This document shows, one piece after another, positions 9,297 through 19,072 of a stretch of 64,000 bases of DNA. The translations under genes and the position numbers were made by a program. The DNA is from Bdellovibrionota bacterium (GTDB taxonomy: Bacteria; Bdellovibrionota_C; UBA2361; JBGSMV01), in contig JBGSMV010000080.1 in the NCBI GenBank assembly GCA_041739995.1, forward strand, positions 34,738 through 98,737. The letters are read 5' to 3'. Numbering within the stretch: position 1 is the first letter of the stretch; every line of letters starts with the position of its first letter. Under the pieces are notes generated by a model. That model ran no database searches. It saw only the letters and a program-made list of their open reading frames with translations, and was not told the origin of the DNA.

Positions 9297-9970
9297 AAAC
9301 TCAATCAATTGTAGTGATTGACTATGGTGTAGGAAACCTCTTCAACGTTGAGTCCGCTTGCAAAGCGCTCGATCTTGATTTTCTCACCACCACCGATCCT
9401 CAGGTAGTTAGTAATGCTGCTCGCATCCTATTGCCTGGAGTCGGCGCTTTTAGACCAGCGATGCAACGCCTCCATGACGGTGGACTGATAGAACCACTGC
9501 GTAACTTCGTTACATCTGGACGGCCACTTCTCGGTATATGCCTTGGCATGCAGTTACTTTTCTCTACCTCTGAGGAGCACGGCTCCTGGAACGGCCTTAA
9601 TTTTATTCCTGGAAAGGTCGTACGTCTCCACGAGGGTGCAGCCGCTTCCAATTCACAGGTCAAAATCCCCCATATTGGGTGGAATATGGTCAACCGTAGC
9701 CCCGATCACCCCTCTCAATCAGTTCTCGATGGTCTACCTGCTCCAATATCGGTGTACTTTAACCACTCTTTCATGGCGGTACCGGTCGACCCAAATGTCG
9801 TGCTCGGACATTGTTCGTATGGCGAGAACTCTGTCGCATCTGTGATTCGACATAACAACATTCATGGATGCCAGTTTCATCCAGAACGAAGCGCGGATGC
9901 GGGACTACGAATTTTGTATAATTTTGCTCACCTAGATGGTCTAGGATCAACCCACACGGGAGGATATTAA
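9293..9970 (+). CDS. Class I glutamine amidotransferase (HisH-like, WbuY-type)
   Basis: IVVIDYGVGNLFNVESA N-terminus, catalytic GICLGMQLL (Cys) and HIGWN / FHPE His-Glu motifs. ATGA overlap with the hisF-like gene. Confidence 0.8.
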   Translation: MKTQSIVVIDYGVGNLFNVESACKALDLDFLTTTDPQVVSNAARILLPGVGAFRPAMQRLHDGGLIEPLRNFVTSGRPLLGICLGMQLLFSTSEEHGSWNGLNFIPGKVVRLHEGAAASNSQVKIPHIGWNMVNRSPDHPSQSVLDGLPAPISVYFNHSFMAVPVDPNVVLGHCSYGENSVASVIRHNNIHGCQFHPERSADAGLRILYNFAHLDGLGSTHTGGY

Positions 9971-9971
9971 G

Positions 9972-11171
9972 ATGAGCAACCATCACCACTCCCAGCTCGA
10001 CCGCCAGTTTGATTCTCTTCCGAAGGAAGTAGCCTTCTGCAAAAACTGTGTGGTTTCCAATCAGCGTCCTCGCACAAGATTCAACGCAGAAGGGGTCTGC
10101 TCGGCCTGCCAGTGGGCTCACGAGAAGGACCATCTCGTTGACTGGATAGAAAGGGAGCGTGAGCTGAAGGATTTATGCGACCGCTTTCGAAGTCCCACTG
10201 GTGGCTTTGATGTGGTGGTTCCCGGTAGCGGCGGAAAGGACAGCGCATACGTTGCGCACCAACTAAAGCATCGATACGGCATGCACCCTCTGTGCGTAAC
10301 CTGGGCACCCTTCGAGTGGACCCCAATCGGCTTTGCTAACCTGCAAGCATTTAATCGCGCCGGATTTACAAATTTGATTACACAACCCGACGGGAAATTG
10401 CATCGAGCTCTCTCTCGTCTCGCATTCGAGCTCAAAGGCGATGCATGGGAACCATTTGCCTACGGCCAGAAATCGCTTGCGTTTCACCTTGCCTGTCGCT
10501 TCGGTATTAAACTTATTTTTTATGGCGAGAATGGAGAGCTAGAGTACGGGGGTTCGGAACGGCACAAGAATCTCCCCAAGGAAGGGCCTGAGGAGTGGAA
10601 AGACGCATATTTCAAAGGAGCGTCCCTCGATGAGGTTATTGAAACTGGGTTGTCTCGGGGAGTGATAGAGAAATTCGATCTCTGCAACGCTTCGCTTGAA
10701 CTTTACAAAGCGCCACCTCTACAGGAAATCCAAGAGCATGGCGCTGAAATGCACTGGTTTTCTTATTATCGAAAGTGGACCCCTCAGGAGAATTTCTACT
10801 ATGCCGCACGCCATACTGGATTCTTAACCAACCCCGAGGGCCGCTCAGAAGGTACTTATACCAGGTACGCGAGCTTGGATGATAAGGCAGATGGATTCCA
10901 TTGGTACCTGAGCTACATGAAGTTTGGCATGGGTCGAGCCTCACGTGATGCGCAAGGCGACATTCGCAGACATCACCTCACAAGAGAAGAGGGCGTTGCG
11001 CTCGTACGAAGATATGACGGAGAGTTCCCTGCTCGATATTTTGATTGGTTTTTGAAGTATCTCGAAATTACCCGAGAGCGTTTTTGGGAGGTAATGGACA
11101 TGTACAGGTCTCTGTCTAACGTGTGGCGCAAAGACGGGAAGGAGTGGGTCATGACTCATCCAGTGAAATAA
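9972..11171 (+). CDS. N-acetyl-sugar amidotransferase (WbpG/LfnA family, PP-loop ATP pyrophosphatase)
   Basis: N-terminal Cys cluster CKNCVVSNQRP...CSAC and PP-loop VVPGSGGKDSAY, which are characteristic of WbpG-family amidotransferases that partner HisH/HisF homologues. Confidence 0.75.
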   Translation: MSNHHHSQLDRQFDSLPKEVAFCKNCVVSNQRPRTRFNAEGVCSACQWAHEKDHLVDWIERERELKDLCDRFRSPTGGFDVVVPGSGGKDSAYVAHQLKHRYGMHPLCVTWAPFEWTPIGFANLQAFNRAGFTNLITQPDGKLHRALSRLAFELKGDAWEPFAYGQKSLAFHLACRFGIKLIFYGENGELEYGGSERHKNLPKEGPEEWKDAYFKGASLDEVIETGLSRGVIEKFDLCNASLELYKAPPLQEIQEHGAEMHWFSYYRKWTPQENFYYAARHTGFLTNPEGRSEGTYTRYASLDDKADGFHWYLSYMKFGMGRASRDAQGDIRRHHLTREEGVALVRRYDGEFPARYFDWFLKYLEITRERFWEVMDMYRSLSNVWRKDGKEWVMTHPVK

Positions 11172-12325
11172 TGACTATTCGAGTATGTGTGGTAACGGGA
11201 ACAAGGGCAGATTACGGACATCTTGCAAGTCTGCTAAAGTTGCTACGCGACGATCAAGAGATCGAACTCCAACTGATTGTTGCAGCGATGCACCTCTCGG
11301 CAGAGCATGGCAATACCATTATCGAGATTCAGCAGGACGGTTTTGAGATTGCCGCTAAAGTTGAATCTGTAGTCGAGGGGAATGATGGCTCAGCCGTTGC
11401 ACGATCTACCGCGCTCGCCCTAGTCGGCTTCTCGAATGCTTTTGCCAATCTTAGACCAGACGTGGTTCTCCTTCTCGGGGATCGCTATGAGATGGGGGCA
11501 GCAGCTCAGGCCGCACTTTTCTCGAAACACCCTATCGTGCACATCAATGGTGGCGATAACACCGCCGGAAGCTACGACGATGCGATTCGCCATTTCATCA
11601 CCAAATGCGCTCAGCTTCACTTCGTAACCAGCACAACCGCTGCACGACGAGTTGCTCAGCTTGGGGAAGCTCCCGACAGCATATTCAACGTCGGAAGCCT
11701 CTCGCTCGACAACATTAAACAAACCGCCCTTCTCTCACGAGAAGAGCTAGAGAGCTCCCTGGACTTTCGCTTTAAGCAGAGAAACATTTTAGTCACTTAC
11801 CACCCAGCCACTGCAGACGAAGTAGACGCTACAGAAGAACTTAACGAACTATTGGCCGCACTTGATTGTTTCGGCTCAGAAGTCGGCATAATTTTTACAA
11901 AACCTAACCACGACACAGGCGGAGCTGCAATTATTGAAGTCTTGAAGCACTATGTTTCATCTCGACCACATACCGCGTTAAGAGCAAGCCTCGGTCGGCA
12001 ACGCTACTATAGCGCGGTGAACATAGTGGACGTGGTCTTGGGAAACTCTTCGAGTGGGATTCATGAAGCTCCCGTACTCAAAACACCCACCGTTAACGTG
12101 GGAAATCGCCAACGCGGACGCTTCATGCCTAGCTCGGTACTCTCAGTCGACGGGAAGAGAGATCAGATTCACCAAGCACTCCTTAAAGCTTTTGCTACCG
12201 CGGTTACTGACACCTCCACTGAATACGGGGACGGAACTGCAGGTCCGAAGATATTGGCGACTCTTAAAGAGCAATGGAAACTGGGAAAAATGAGGAGTGT
12301 CTTAAAAGACTTTCATGACTTGTAG
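11171..12325 (+). CDS. neuC: UDP/GDP-N-acetylglucosamine-type 2-epimerase, hydrolysing (NeuC/LegG family)
   Basis: MTIRVCVVTGTRADYGHL..., GDRYEMGAAAQAA, HINGGD and the C-terminal LGNSSSGIHEAP motifs are typical of NeuC-type epimerases. ATG at 11171 overlaps the upstream stop (TAATG). Confidence 0.8.
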   Translation: MTIRVCVVTGTRADYGHLASLLKLLRDDQEIELQLIVAAMHLSAEHGNTIIEIQQDGFEIAAKVESVVEGNDGSAVARSTALALVGFSNAFANLRPDVVLLLGDRYEMGAAAQAALFSKHPIVHINGGDNTAGSYDDAIRHFITKCAQLHFVTSTTAARRVAQLGEAPDSIFNVGSLSLDNIKQTALLSREELESSLDFRFKQRNILVTYHPATADEVDATEELNELLAALDCFGSEVGIIFTKPNHDTGGAAIIEVLKHYVSSRPHTALRASLGRQRYYSAVNIVDVVLGNSSSGIHEAPVLKTPTVNVGNRQRGRFMPSSVLSVDGKRDQIHQALLKAFATAVTDTSTEYGDGTAGPKILATLKEQWKLGKMRSVLKDFHDL

Positions 12326-13025
12326 CACAGAGAAATCTGCCCTTTTAGTGGGGAAAGCCGGTCACCCCTTTCTTCCACAAGCGATAGCTCTTGCCAAAGA
12401 AGTCTTTGCATCCGTCGAAGTTGTGGAAGGAAAACGAGGTGACCCGCTACCTCAACAGTTTGCTACCTGGAGAGGCGACTATCTCATCTCTTATCTTTCT
12501 CAATGGGTGATTCCTGCCGAGACACTCCAACACGCTCGCGTAGAGGCGATCAATTTTCATCCTGGGCCACCAGCATATCCTGGCATCGGGTGCACCAACT
12601 TCGCGCTCTACAATCAAGAGCTGTCCTTTGGAGCAACGTGCCATCGAATGGTAGCTAAAGTTGATACAGGTGATATTCTTTTTGTTGCGCGATGCCCAGT
12701 GCTGGTCTCCGACAGTGTTCTTAGTCTAACCGAGCGCTGTTATGCCCTCATCTGGGAGCTCTACGCTGAGACTTTGGGGAAAATTCGTGATGGCGTTCCA
12801 TTCATACCTTGTGGTGAGACGTGGAGCAGACAGCCCTACACACGAAAGGAACTAGATGCCCTTTGCCAAATCACCCCAGACATGTCCGTTAACGAAGTAG
12901 CTCGGAGAGTGAGAGCTACAAACTACCCAAACATGCCAGGCCCCTTCGTCGAGATCGGGGGATTTAAATTCAACCTCGACCTGCACGCGATGTCTTTGCC
13001 TAAAGGTTCTTCCTGTAAGAAGTAA
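12315..13025 (+). CDS. Sugar N-formyltransferase (formyl_trans_N domain protein)
   Basis: INFHPGPPAYPGIGCTNFALYN and HRMVAKVDTGDIL match the formyltransferase catalytic core (His/Asp), and a similar fold is used by sugar N-formyltransferases. 236 aa. Confidence 0.65.
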   Translation: MTCSTEKSALLVGKAGHPFLPQAIALAKEVFASVEVVEGKRGDPLPQQFATWRGDYLISYLSQWVIPAETLQHARVEAINFHPGPPAYPGIGCTNFALYNQELSFGATCHRMVAKVDTGDILFVARCPVLVSDSVLSLTERCYALIWELYAETLGKIRDGVPFIPCGETWSRQPYTRKELDALCQITPDMSVNEVARRVRATNYPNMPGPFVEIGGFKFNLDLHAMSLPKGSSCKK

Positions 13026-13224
13026 TGCTGTCTTTGTCGCCGCACAAAACGCCCGCACTGCGCTGGCGCAAGACCAGCGTGATACTTGGCTCCGCTACGG
13101 CATCCGACAAGGCTTGCTCCCACACTCAAAATATCTTTATATTTCAGCTCGTTACAGAGCGGCGCTGACCCAAATGGAGGGGAAAGGCCTGAATCCCTAG
13201 GGACCGCCAGCTCATCAAAATTTA

Positions 13225-13602
13225 TTGGAACAGTTCCAAGCGCAGTGTCTTATGTCTAATGCACCCGATCATTCATTCGAGCTACTTGGCCACCGATTCT
13301 TTTTCGGAGAGCCCCCGCCAACGCACGCCCAAGCTATTCAAGAGTGGCAAAAGCAGTACAGCGGCATGGCAGAGGCGGAAGCTGCAATAGCTCAGTACAA
13401 CTCTGGGAACCTGGAAGAAGCACTGCATCAGTTAACTCGCCTTGTAGTCTTTCAGCCAGATTTTTTTTCCCTCTATATTCTTAAGGCAGTGGTAGAGGTG
13501 AATTTGGGGAAAATAGAGGATGCTCGCAAATCGCTAAATTGGGTGCTGGTTAAAGACCCCACCTCTACTCAAGCCCGTCAGTTATTGGAGCAACTGGGAT
13601 AA
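13225..13602 (+). CDS. Small TPR-like helical-repeat protein
   Basis: 125 aa with TPR-like helix pairs (LEEALHQLTRLVVFQPDFFSLYILKAVVEVNLGKIEDARKSL). Confidence 0.45.
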   Translation: MEQFQAQCLMSNAPDHSFELLGHRFFFGEPPPTHAQAIQEWQKQYSGMAEAEAAIAQYNSGNLEEALHQLTRLVVFQPDFFSLYILKAVVEVNLGKIEDARKSLNWVLVKDPTSTQARQLLEQLG

Positions 13603-13631
13603 ACAGAAAACAGATCAGGGATTGATCCAAA

Positions 13632-14600
13632 ATGGAACCCTCAATAAGTCGAACAGAAGAACAGTCAGGCGTCTTTGCCGGTCAAGGCGGCGGGGATGCT
13701 ATCGTTTGCTATTGTCACCGCCTCACCCACACCGACCTGGTGGAAGCTCATAAGAAGTGTGGAAGCCTTGCCCAACTAGAAGAGACCACGAGGGCAGGAC
13801 GTGGCTGCGGCGGATGTAGAGTCGTACTGCAATCGCTCTTCGGTGGCAGACATAGCGATGTAGTGGACTTCGACAAGGTCGCTTCCCAAGGAACTCTGTG
13901 CGTAAAGCCAGGGCACAAAGTGATGAAGGGGTTCGTGGTCGCCAACGAGCACCTTGAGTCTTCTGTATTCTCATCCAACTGTGTGGCTCCTCAGCTAGGC
14001 ACCTGCGACACCACCACTCGCATCGAGTATGGACTCATCGACCACAAAGGCACTCCGGTTCTTCATCGCCATGAAGTCGTGCCGACGAATGCGACATTTC
14101 GTTTTGATACTAAGAACGAAGATATTCCTCGACCATTCTACGGTATGTTCTTTCTCACACTCGATCGCGAAAATGTTGGTGCAGCTCGATTCAACATCTA
14201 CTGGCGCGGACAGAATTCCATTTGCTCCACTCATGAAAATGCGAACACCGGTCGCCCTCGCGTCTCTGTTCCCATTATCGTAACCGAAGATTTTCTTCGA
14301 AGCTGCAATTCCCTTTACGTTGCGCTTATAAATCCACATTCGCGCGCCAATCCCTTCGCGCTCACTGTTCATGAGGTAGATACTGGCGAGGTCCTCACCT
14401 GGAAAACAGATCTTGGTCCGTTTGGTTCGACCTGGATTAACGCCAGTGAATATCTATTTGGCCCTGCGGTCTCCAAAAACAGAAAAGGGCGCTTTGCCCT
14501 CACTGTAGAAACCGCGACGCTGCACCCTCAAGGCGCTATCACCGTCTACTTTTTTGTACATAATCGGCGACACAACACATGGACGTCCAACCACCTCTAG
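13632..14600 (+). CDS. Hypothetical protein with an N-terminal BFD-like [2Fe-2S]-binding domain
   Basis: CYCHRLTHTDL...TRAGRGCGGCR matches the BFD-like Cys4 pattern (C-x-C...C-x-x-C). The remaining ~250 aa are unassigned. Confidence 0.5.
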   Translation: MEPSISRTEEQSGVFAGQGGGDAIVCYCHRLTHTDLVEAHKKCGSLAQLEETTRAGRGCGGCRVVLQSLFGGRHSDVVDFDKVASQGTLCVKPGHKVMKGFVVANEHLESSVFSSNCVAPQLGTCDTTTRIEYGLIDHKGTPVLHRHEVVPTNATFRFDTKNEDIPRPFYGMFFLTLDRENVGAARFNIYWRGQNSICSTHENANTGRPRVSVPIIVTEDFLRSCNSLYVALINPHSRANPFALTVHEVDTGEVLTWKTDLGPFGSTWINASEYLFGPAVSKNRKGRFALTVETATLHPQGAITVYFFVHNRRHNTWTSNHL

Positions 14601-15358
14601 CATACGACCCGGAAACGGTTCGGCAGGAATACTGTTGCGGAGTGCTTCTTCCGACCGACGAGTATACTACGTCGATCACCAATTTCCCTGGGGGAAATTG
14701 CTTTCCCTACTGGGACACAAAAGGCGATTTCTTTTTGTCCTGCTCTATTTTTTCTGACGGCAAGCGTCATGCAGTCGTACATTCAAAGCACTGCAACGAG
14801 AAGGGTTATCTAGAGGTCCACATCGACCATGCCACACAGTTCTCCGAAAAGCCGTTGAGTGGATTGGTGCTTATTGAACTTACTCTCCCGAAGAAGGTTC
14901 CCGTCGACCTCTACACCGCGCATGTACATAAAAAAACGGGCATCTACGTTTCGTACCCTTCTGGTCATTTCGTCGGAGATACGCTCTACACTGCCACACG
15001 CGCCCGCGAGCTATTCAATACCGGCTTTTGGCCTGGATTAGTGAGCAGCGATACCGCTGAGACTTCTGTTATCTTAATGAACCCCTACAAAATTCCGTTC
15101 TCGTATCAACTGTCGCTCTTTCTCCCTGATGGTCGAAAACTTCAAACGGACGTAATGAAAGTACTCCCCTTTCGCTTCCAGATACATGCGATTGAAGAAA
15201 CATTCCCTGAAGTCAAAAACTTGAGTGTAGAAGATAGGGAATGCTGCTCTATATGCATTTCTTCACAGTATAATCTTGTCGGATACGTCATGATTAAAGA
15301 CAGAGGCACCGGCGCATTCACGTCGATTGACCACCTCCACCCTTATGTTTTGATCTAG
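14579..15358 (+). CDS. Hypothetical protein (259 aa)
   Basis: Long ORF in the same operon orientation that overlaps the upstream gene end. No family recognised. Confidence 0.4.
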   Translation: MDVQPPLAYDPETVRQEYCCGVLLPTDEYTTSITNFPGGNCFPYWDTKGDFFLSCSIFSDGKRHAVVHSKHCNEKGYLEVHIDHATQFSEKPLSGLVLIELTLPKKVPVDLYTAHVHKKTGIYVSYPSGHFVGDTLYTATRARELFNTGFWPGLVSSDTAETSVILMNPYKIPFSYQLSLFLPDGRKLQTDVMKVLPFRFQIHAIEETFPEVKNLSVEDRECCSICISSQYNLVGYVMIKDRGTGAFTSIDHLHPYVLI

Positions 15359-15360
15359 CC

Positions 15361-15807
15361 ATGAGTAGCTTTAGGACAACCCAACATCAAACATCTCTCC
15401 CCAGCGGCGCCAGAATCGCCGTCGATGTAATCGAGGTGCTGAGCGATGAGAACTGCCGCACCCCCTCTTTTGGTCAGGTGCTCAACAGCGAATTAGCGCT
15501 TAATCAAGGTGAGGTGGTGATACTTACCACTTCTTGGGATTCGGTCAGGGCCGAGGCAGAGAAGTCCCTACCACTACTTACCACCTCACCGTCCGTGCGT
15601 GCTGTTCTTAAATATCAAGCGCCATGGTTTGCGACATTTACTCGCCAGGCCCTTCAAAGCTCAGGAAACTTTCCGAACGAGATAACTCTGGAAGATGCGC
15701 TGTCGCTTTTCGTACAGCGTGCAAAGTTACGTCGAGAATTCTCATTTATTGAGCTGACCGATCCCATCAAATTCTCAAAAAGCGAGATGAAGATGGGAGG
15801 ACCCTGA
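15361..15807 (+). CDS. Hypothetical protein (148 aa)
   Basis: ORF immediately following (3-nt gap) in the same operon. No family recognised. Confidence 0.4.
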   Translation: MSSFRTTQHQTSLPSGARIAVDVIEVLSDENCRTPSFGQVLNSELALNQGEVVILTTSWDSVRAEAEKSLPLLTTSPSVRAVLKYQAPWFATFTRQALQSSGNFPNEITLEDALSLFVQRAKLRREFSFIELTDPIKFSKSEMKMGGP

Positions 15808-16051
15808 TAGAGAGGACAGGATGTCCGACCGCGGACTGGAGCAAAGCGTAAGTACGCGAAGTGACGTGGATTTCGCGCCGCTCGTCGCGCGAAAGGAGCT
15901 TGGAGCGAGTGAAAAAGTGCCAAGGAGGGCATTTTTTCACCAGCCTGCTAGTGGGTTTCGCTGTCGCACTTCCTATTTAACAACTTGATTCTGAATCGCG
16001 GCACGAAACTCGAGCAAACGTTGGGCCTTCAAGCCTTTCCCATGTTGACCA

Positions 16052-16798
16052 CTAGGACGAGCACTGCCTCTTGCTTTTATTTACCAAGAACTCCGCGAAC
16101 TCAAAATCAAGCGGAGAATCAATATCTAGTGCCCTTTCACGGGGAACCACTACGGCCTTCGTTTTCCCTGCGAACAGTCCAGCATTCTGCAACACAAATT
16201 CTGGCCTCGTCGCATAGGCCACCGTCGTTATATCAAATACTTCGGGAGCCTCCTGCCGCCTACTATGACGGCCTTCAGAGGGTATCACTACGCGCGCATA
16301 TCCTTCGGAATCAAGTGCCACCATATTGTAGTACGGATTTCTCGCTGCGGGGGTAACCGTTAACACCAGGTCGGCATCGCTTGTGCTAAGAAGTCGAAGA
16401 CATGCCTCGATATCCACAAGAGATCGTAGCGGCGAGGTAGTTGGAATGGTCAGCAGCGTATCGAATTGGTCACCACCACGGGTAAGCTCCTCAATTGCGT
16501 GCCGCCACACCAACCACTCAGGAGAATCATCTTGAGCAAGACGTGAGGGGCGCATGAAAGGGACTTCGGCACCAAAGCTTTGAGCAATTTGTGCAATCTC
16601 TTGATCCTCCGTACTCACTACCACTCGCGAAACAAGATCACTTTTCAATGCAAGTTCTATGGCATAACCAATGAGCGGACGGCCTGCCAGGAGCTTTATA
16701 TTCTTTCGCGGCACTCCCTTAGAACCACCACGCGCACAGATTAGAGCTATAGTTCGTGGCTTAGCGATATTTTGGTCGACCATAGCTGCACTACACAA
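16052..16798 (-). CDS. neuA: Acylneuraminate cytidylyltransferase family (CMP-nonulosonic acid synthetase, NeuA/LegF-like)
   Basis: N-terminal IALICARGGSKGVPRKN is the CMP-NeuAc synthetase signature. 248 aa. Confidence 0.8.
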   Translation of the reverse strand: MCSAAMVDQNIAKPRTIALICARGGSKGVPRKNIKLLAGRPLIGYAIELALKSDLVSRVVVSTEDQEIAQIAQSFGAEVPFMRPSRLAQDDSPEWLVWRHAIEELTRGGDQFDTLLTIPTTSPLRSLVDIEACLRLLSTSDADLVLTVTPAARNPYYNMVALDSEGYARVVIPSEGRHSRRQEAPEVFDITTVAYATRPEFVLQNAGLFAGKTKAVVVPRERALDIDSPLDFEFAEFLVNKSKRQCSS

Positions 16799-16957
16799 AC
16801 AGTTGGAATCTCCGTGGCGGGGTCAGTTCCTCTACGATGGAACATGCGAGCCGCGAGACCCGCGTTTCGTCTCAACGGACCGACAACAATAAAATACTTG
16901 GTTGGCTCTGGCCCGGATCCTACAACAACACTCAATCTCTGCACCACAGGCAGTGTG

Positions 16958-17998
16958 TTAGGGTTCTTGAGCTCGGGCATAGTTTTCAGGGAGACCTACA
17001 TCAAGCCATCGTTCATGGATAGGAAAGGCACCCACCCGCTTATTCAAACTGACGAGGCAATCGATGAACTCAGTCATACCGCACGGTCGTGCCTTCGGAA
17101 CCAAAGGAAGCATGTTCGGATCAACCACGTACAATCCCGCATTGATCGAATAGTAGAGGGTTGGCTTTTCCTGTACTCCGGTAACCTGATTCTCCGCATC
17201 GAGCGACACCACTCCGTAGGGAATCTTCACCTCATAGGAACTGACAGTAAGTGTGAGGTCTGCACGATTCGCATAATGGAAATCCACGCACGCACCAAAG
17301 TCAACCTCGGTTACCAAATCTCCATTCACTACCAGCAGCGGAGCACTAATTGATCCGTTAAGGAGGCGCAACGGGCCCGCCGTTCCAAGCTCTGCTTCCT
17401 CGCGAATATAGGAGATTGAACATCCAAATTGCTCACCACTTCCGAAATGCTCTTCAAACTTAGATCCAAGATAATTGATCGAAATCGCTATGTCGGTGAA
17501 GCCTTGCAGCACGAGACGTCGAACCAAATGCTCGATCATAGGTCGCCCACGTACAGGCAGAAGGGGTTTCGGCGTAAGATCGGTGAGGGGTCGCAACCGC
17601 TGCCCTCTCCCACCTGCGAGGATAAGTACTGGATTCTTTCGTGGCTCTTTGCGCGGAACAAGTTCAGGAGAGGTTATGATATCAACCAGCATCCTTTTGT
17701 CGTCCACCACTGGAATTTGTCTGATCTGATTCGCACGCATCAGGCTGTAGATCTGCGGAAGGCGGAACGATCTATCTACCACCACAAAGCTCTTGTTCAT
17801 TATCTCTGCGGCGGTGATGGTGAGATTCTTGCGATTGATCAGCGCACGACGGCAGTCACCGTCCGTTACGGTACCCAGCACCTGCTTATCATTCCCAACG
17901 ACGATACAGATCCCAAAGGGACTCTCTTGCAGAGTCTCCAAAACCGTCTCGAGATCGGCGTCGGTGCCCACACATATTTTGTCGATTGCATTCGACAT
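16958..17998 (-). CDS. CBS-pair + nucleotidyltransferase protein (PtmE-like sugar-1-phosphate nucleotidyltransferase of the legionaminic acid pathway)
   Basis: Two CBS-like segments (ICIVVGNDKQVLGTVTDGD; SFVVVDRSFRL...IPVVDD) followed by ILAGGRGQRLRPLTDLTPKPLLPV nucleotidyltransferase motifs. This architecture is characteristic of PtmE. The start was moved to internal Met MSNAIDK. Confidence 0.7.
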   Translation of the reverse strand: MSNAIDKICVGTDADLETVLETLQESPFGICIVVGNDKQVLGTVTDGDCRRALINRKNLTITAAEIMNKSFVVVDRSFRLPQIYSLMRANQIRQIPVVDDKRMLVDIITSPELVPRKEPRKNPVLILAGGRGQRLRPLTDLTPKPLLPVRGRPMIEHLVRRLVLQGFTDIAISINYLGSKFEEHFGSGEQFGCSISYIREEAELGTAGPLRLLNGSISAPLLVVNGDLVTEVDFGACVDFHYANRADLTLTVSSYEVKIPYGVVSLDAENQVTGVQEKPTLYYSINAGLYVVDPNMLPLVPKARPCGMTEFIDCLVSLNKRVGAFPIHERWLDVGLPENYARAQEP

Positions 17999-18090
17999 AG
18001 AAACACTACTCCTCGCCACTTTTAGATGCGGCGCGAGGCAGTATCGCCGCAAGGCGTTGTTGGCCCTAACTAGCTATAATATCTATATGT

Positions 18091-19023
18091 TTAGGTGAAC
18101 GCGCAGCCTATTCCTGCTCCTGGATACCAGTGAGATTCTGGGCGCTCAGGAAAGAAGAGGAACTTCCTGCCCGTGCGGGAGGCGAACTGATAGAGACTCT
18201 CTGATGAGTGGGCGTTGTCACCAAGGACAATGGCGTGGTCAGTGAGCATAGATCTGATGGTGTCATATTCTCGTGCCTCGTACTCGGCCGAGTGATCGCT
18301 ATCATTGATAAACAGGTCGATTCGCTGATTTAGAGACTTGAGCGATTCGATAGAATCCCCGTACACGATCTTCCCTACCTCACTGTATTTGCCCTGAAGG
18401 AGGTATCCTGCCTGAGGATTGATATCGGTCCCAATGTAGACTCCCGGCGCACCTTCAGCCGCGTTTCGAAGCAGGGCAGAAGCCAAGACGACGGATCCTA
18501 ATCCTTGCTCGACTCCTGTTTCGACGATTACTCTGGGCTTCATGGCGCGCGCAATCGCGTACCATCCCAGGCGACGTCCAAAATCGAACTGTGGATCAAT
18601 CCCCATGTACACACCGGGTTGATTGACGAGCGTTGAGATATGCTTTCGAATCTCAGAATCTTGATCGAGCTCGGCAATGTACTGATGGACTCTCTCTGGG
18701 GAGGTCCGCGCAATAACTGCCACAAAGGCAGCTAAATAGTTCTTGTTTGTCTGATTAATCGCGTAGGTAAAGTTTGAGCCTTCTTGCGAACGAAACAGCC
18801 AAGAAAAGATATCTTTCAGCGAAGGCTCGAAATAGGTCATGGCGACATGGAGGCGCGCTTCGAACTCTTGTGCCTGGCGGTCGGAGCACGTCAGCCCTTT
18901 ATTGGTGGCCTCCGAAGCACAATGCACCAGGATCTTCTCGAACGCCTTTTGAAAAAGGCCTAAAGCGTGCCCAGCCGTCGGTGAGACTGAGAACTCTGTA
19001 GATTGAGCGGCTTGATTGGTCAT
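18091..19023 (-). CDS. Class I SAM-dependent methyltransferase of the TylF/CmcI-like (macrocin-O-methyltransferase-like) type
   Basis: IVETGVEQGLGSVVLA (motif I-like), DLFINDSDHS and IVLGDN resemble TylF/CmcI-family sugar O-methyltransferases. 310 aa. Confidence 0.5.
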   Translation of the reverse strand: MTNQAAQSTEFSVSPTAGHALGLFQKAFEKILVHCASEATNKGLTCSDRQAQEFEARLHVAMTYFEPSLKDIFSWLFRSQEGSNFTYAINQTNKNYLAAFVAVIARTSPERVHQYIAELDQDSEIRKHISTLVNQPGVYMGIDPQFDFGRRLGWYAIARAMKPRVIVETGVEQGLGSVVLASALLRNAAEGAPGVYIGTDINPQAGYLLQGKYSEVGKIVYGDSIESLKSLNQRIDLFINDSDHSAEYEAREYDTIRSMLTDHAIVLGDNAHSSESLYQFASRTGRKFLFFPERPESHWYPGAGIGCAFT

Positions 19024-19072
19024 AGCAATTTCCTAGGGGTCCTCGATAGGGTCAAAAGGTTTAGATGACTCA

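Noticed and set aside
15830-15900. GC-rich near-palindrome TCGCGCCGCTCGTCGCGCGA in the convergent gap after 15807 as a terminator
   Set aside because: On checking, the two arms are not reverse complements (several mismatches). No convincing stem was found.
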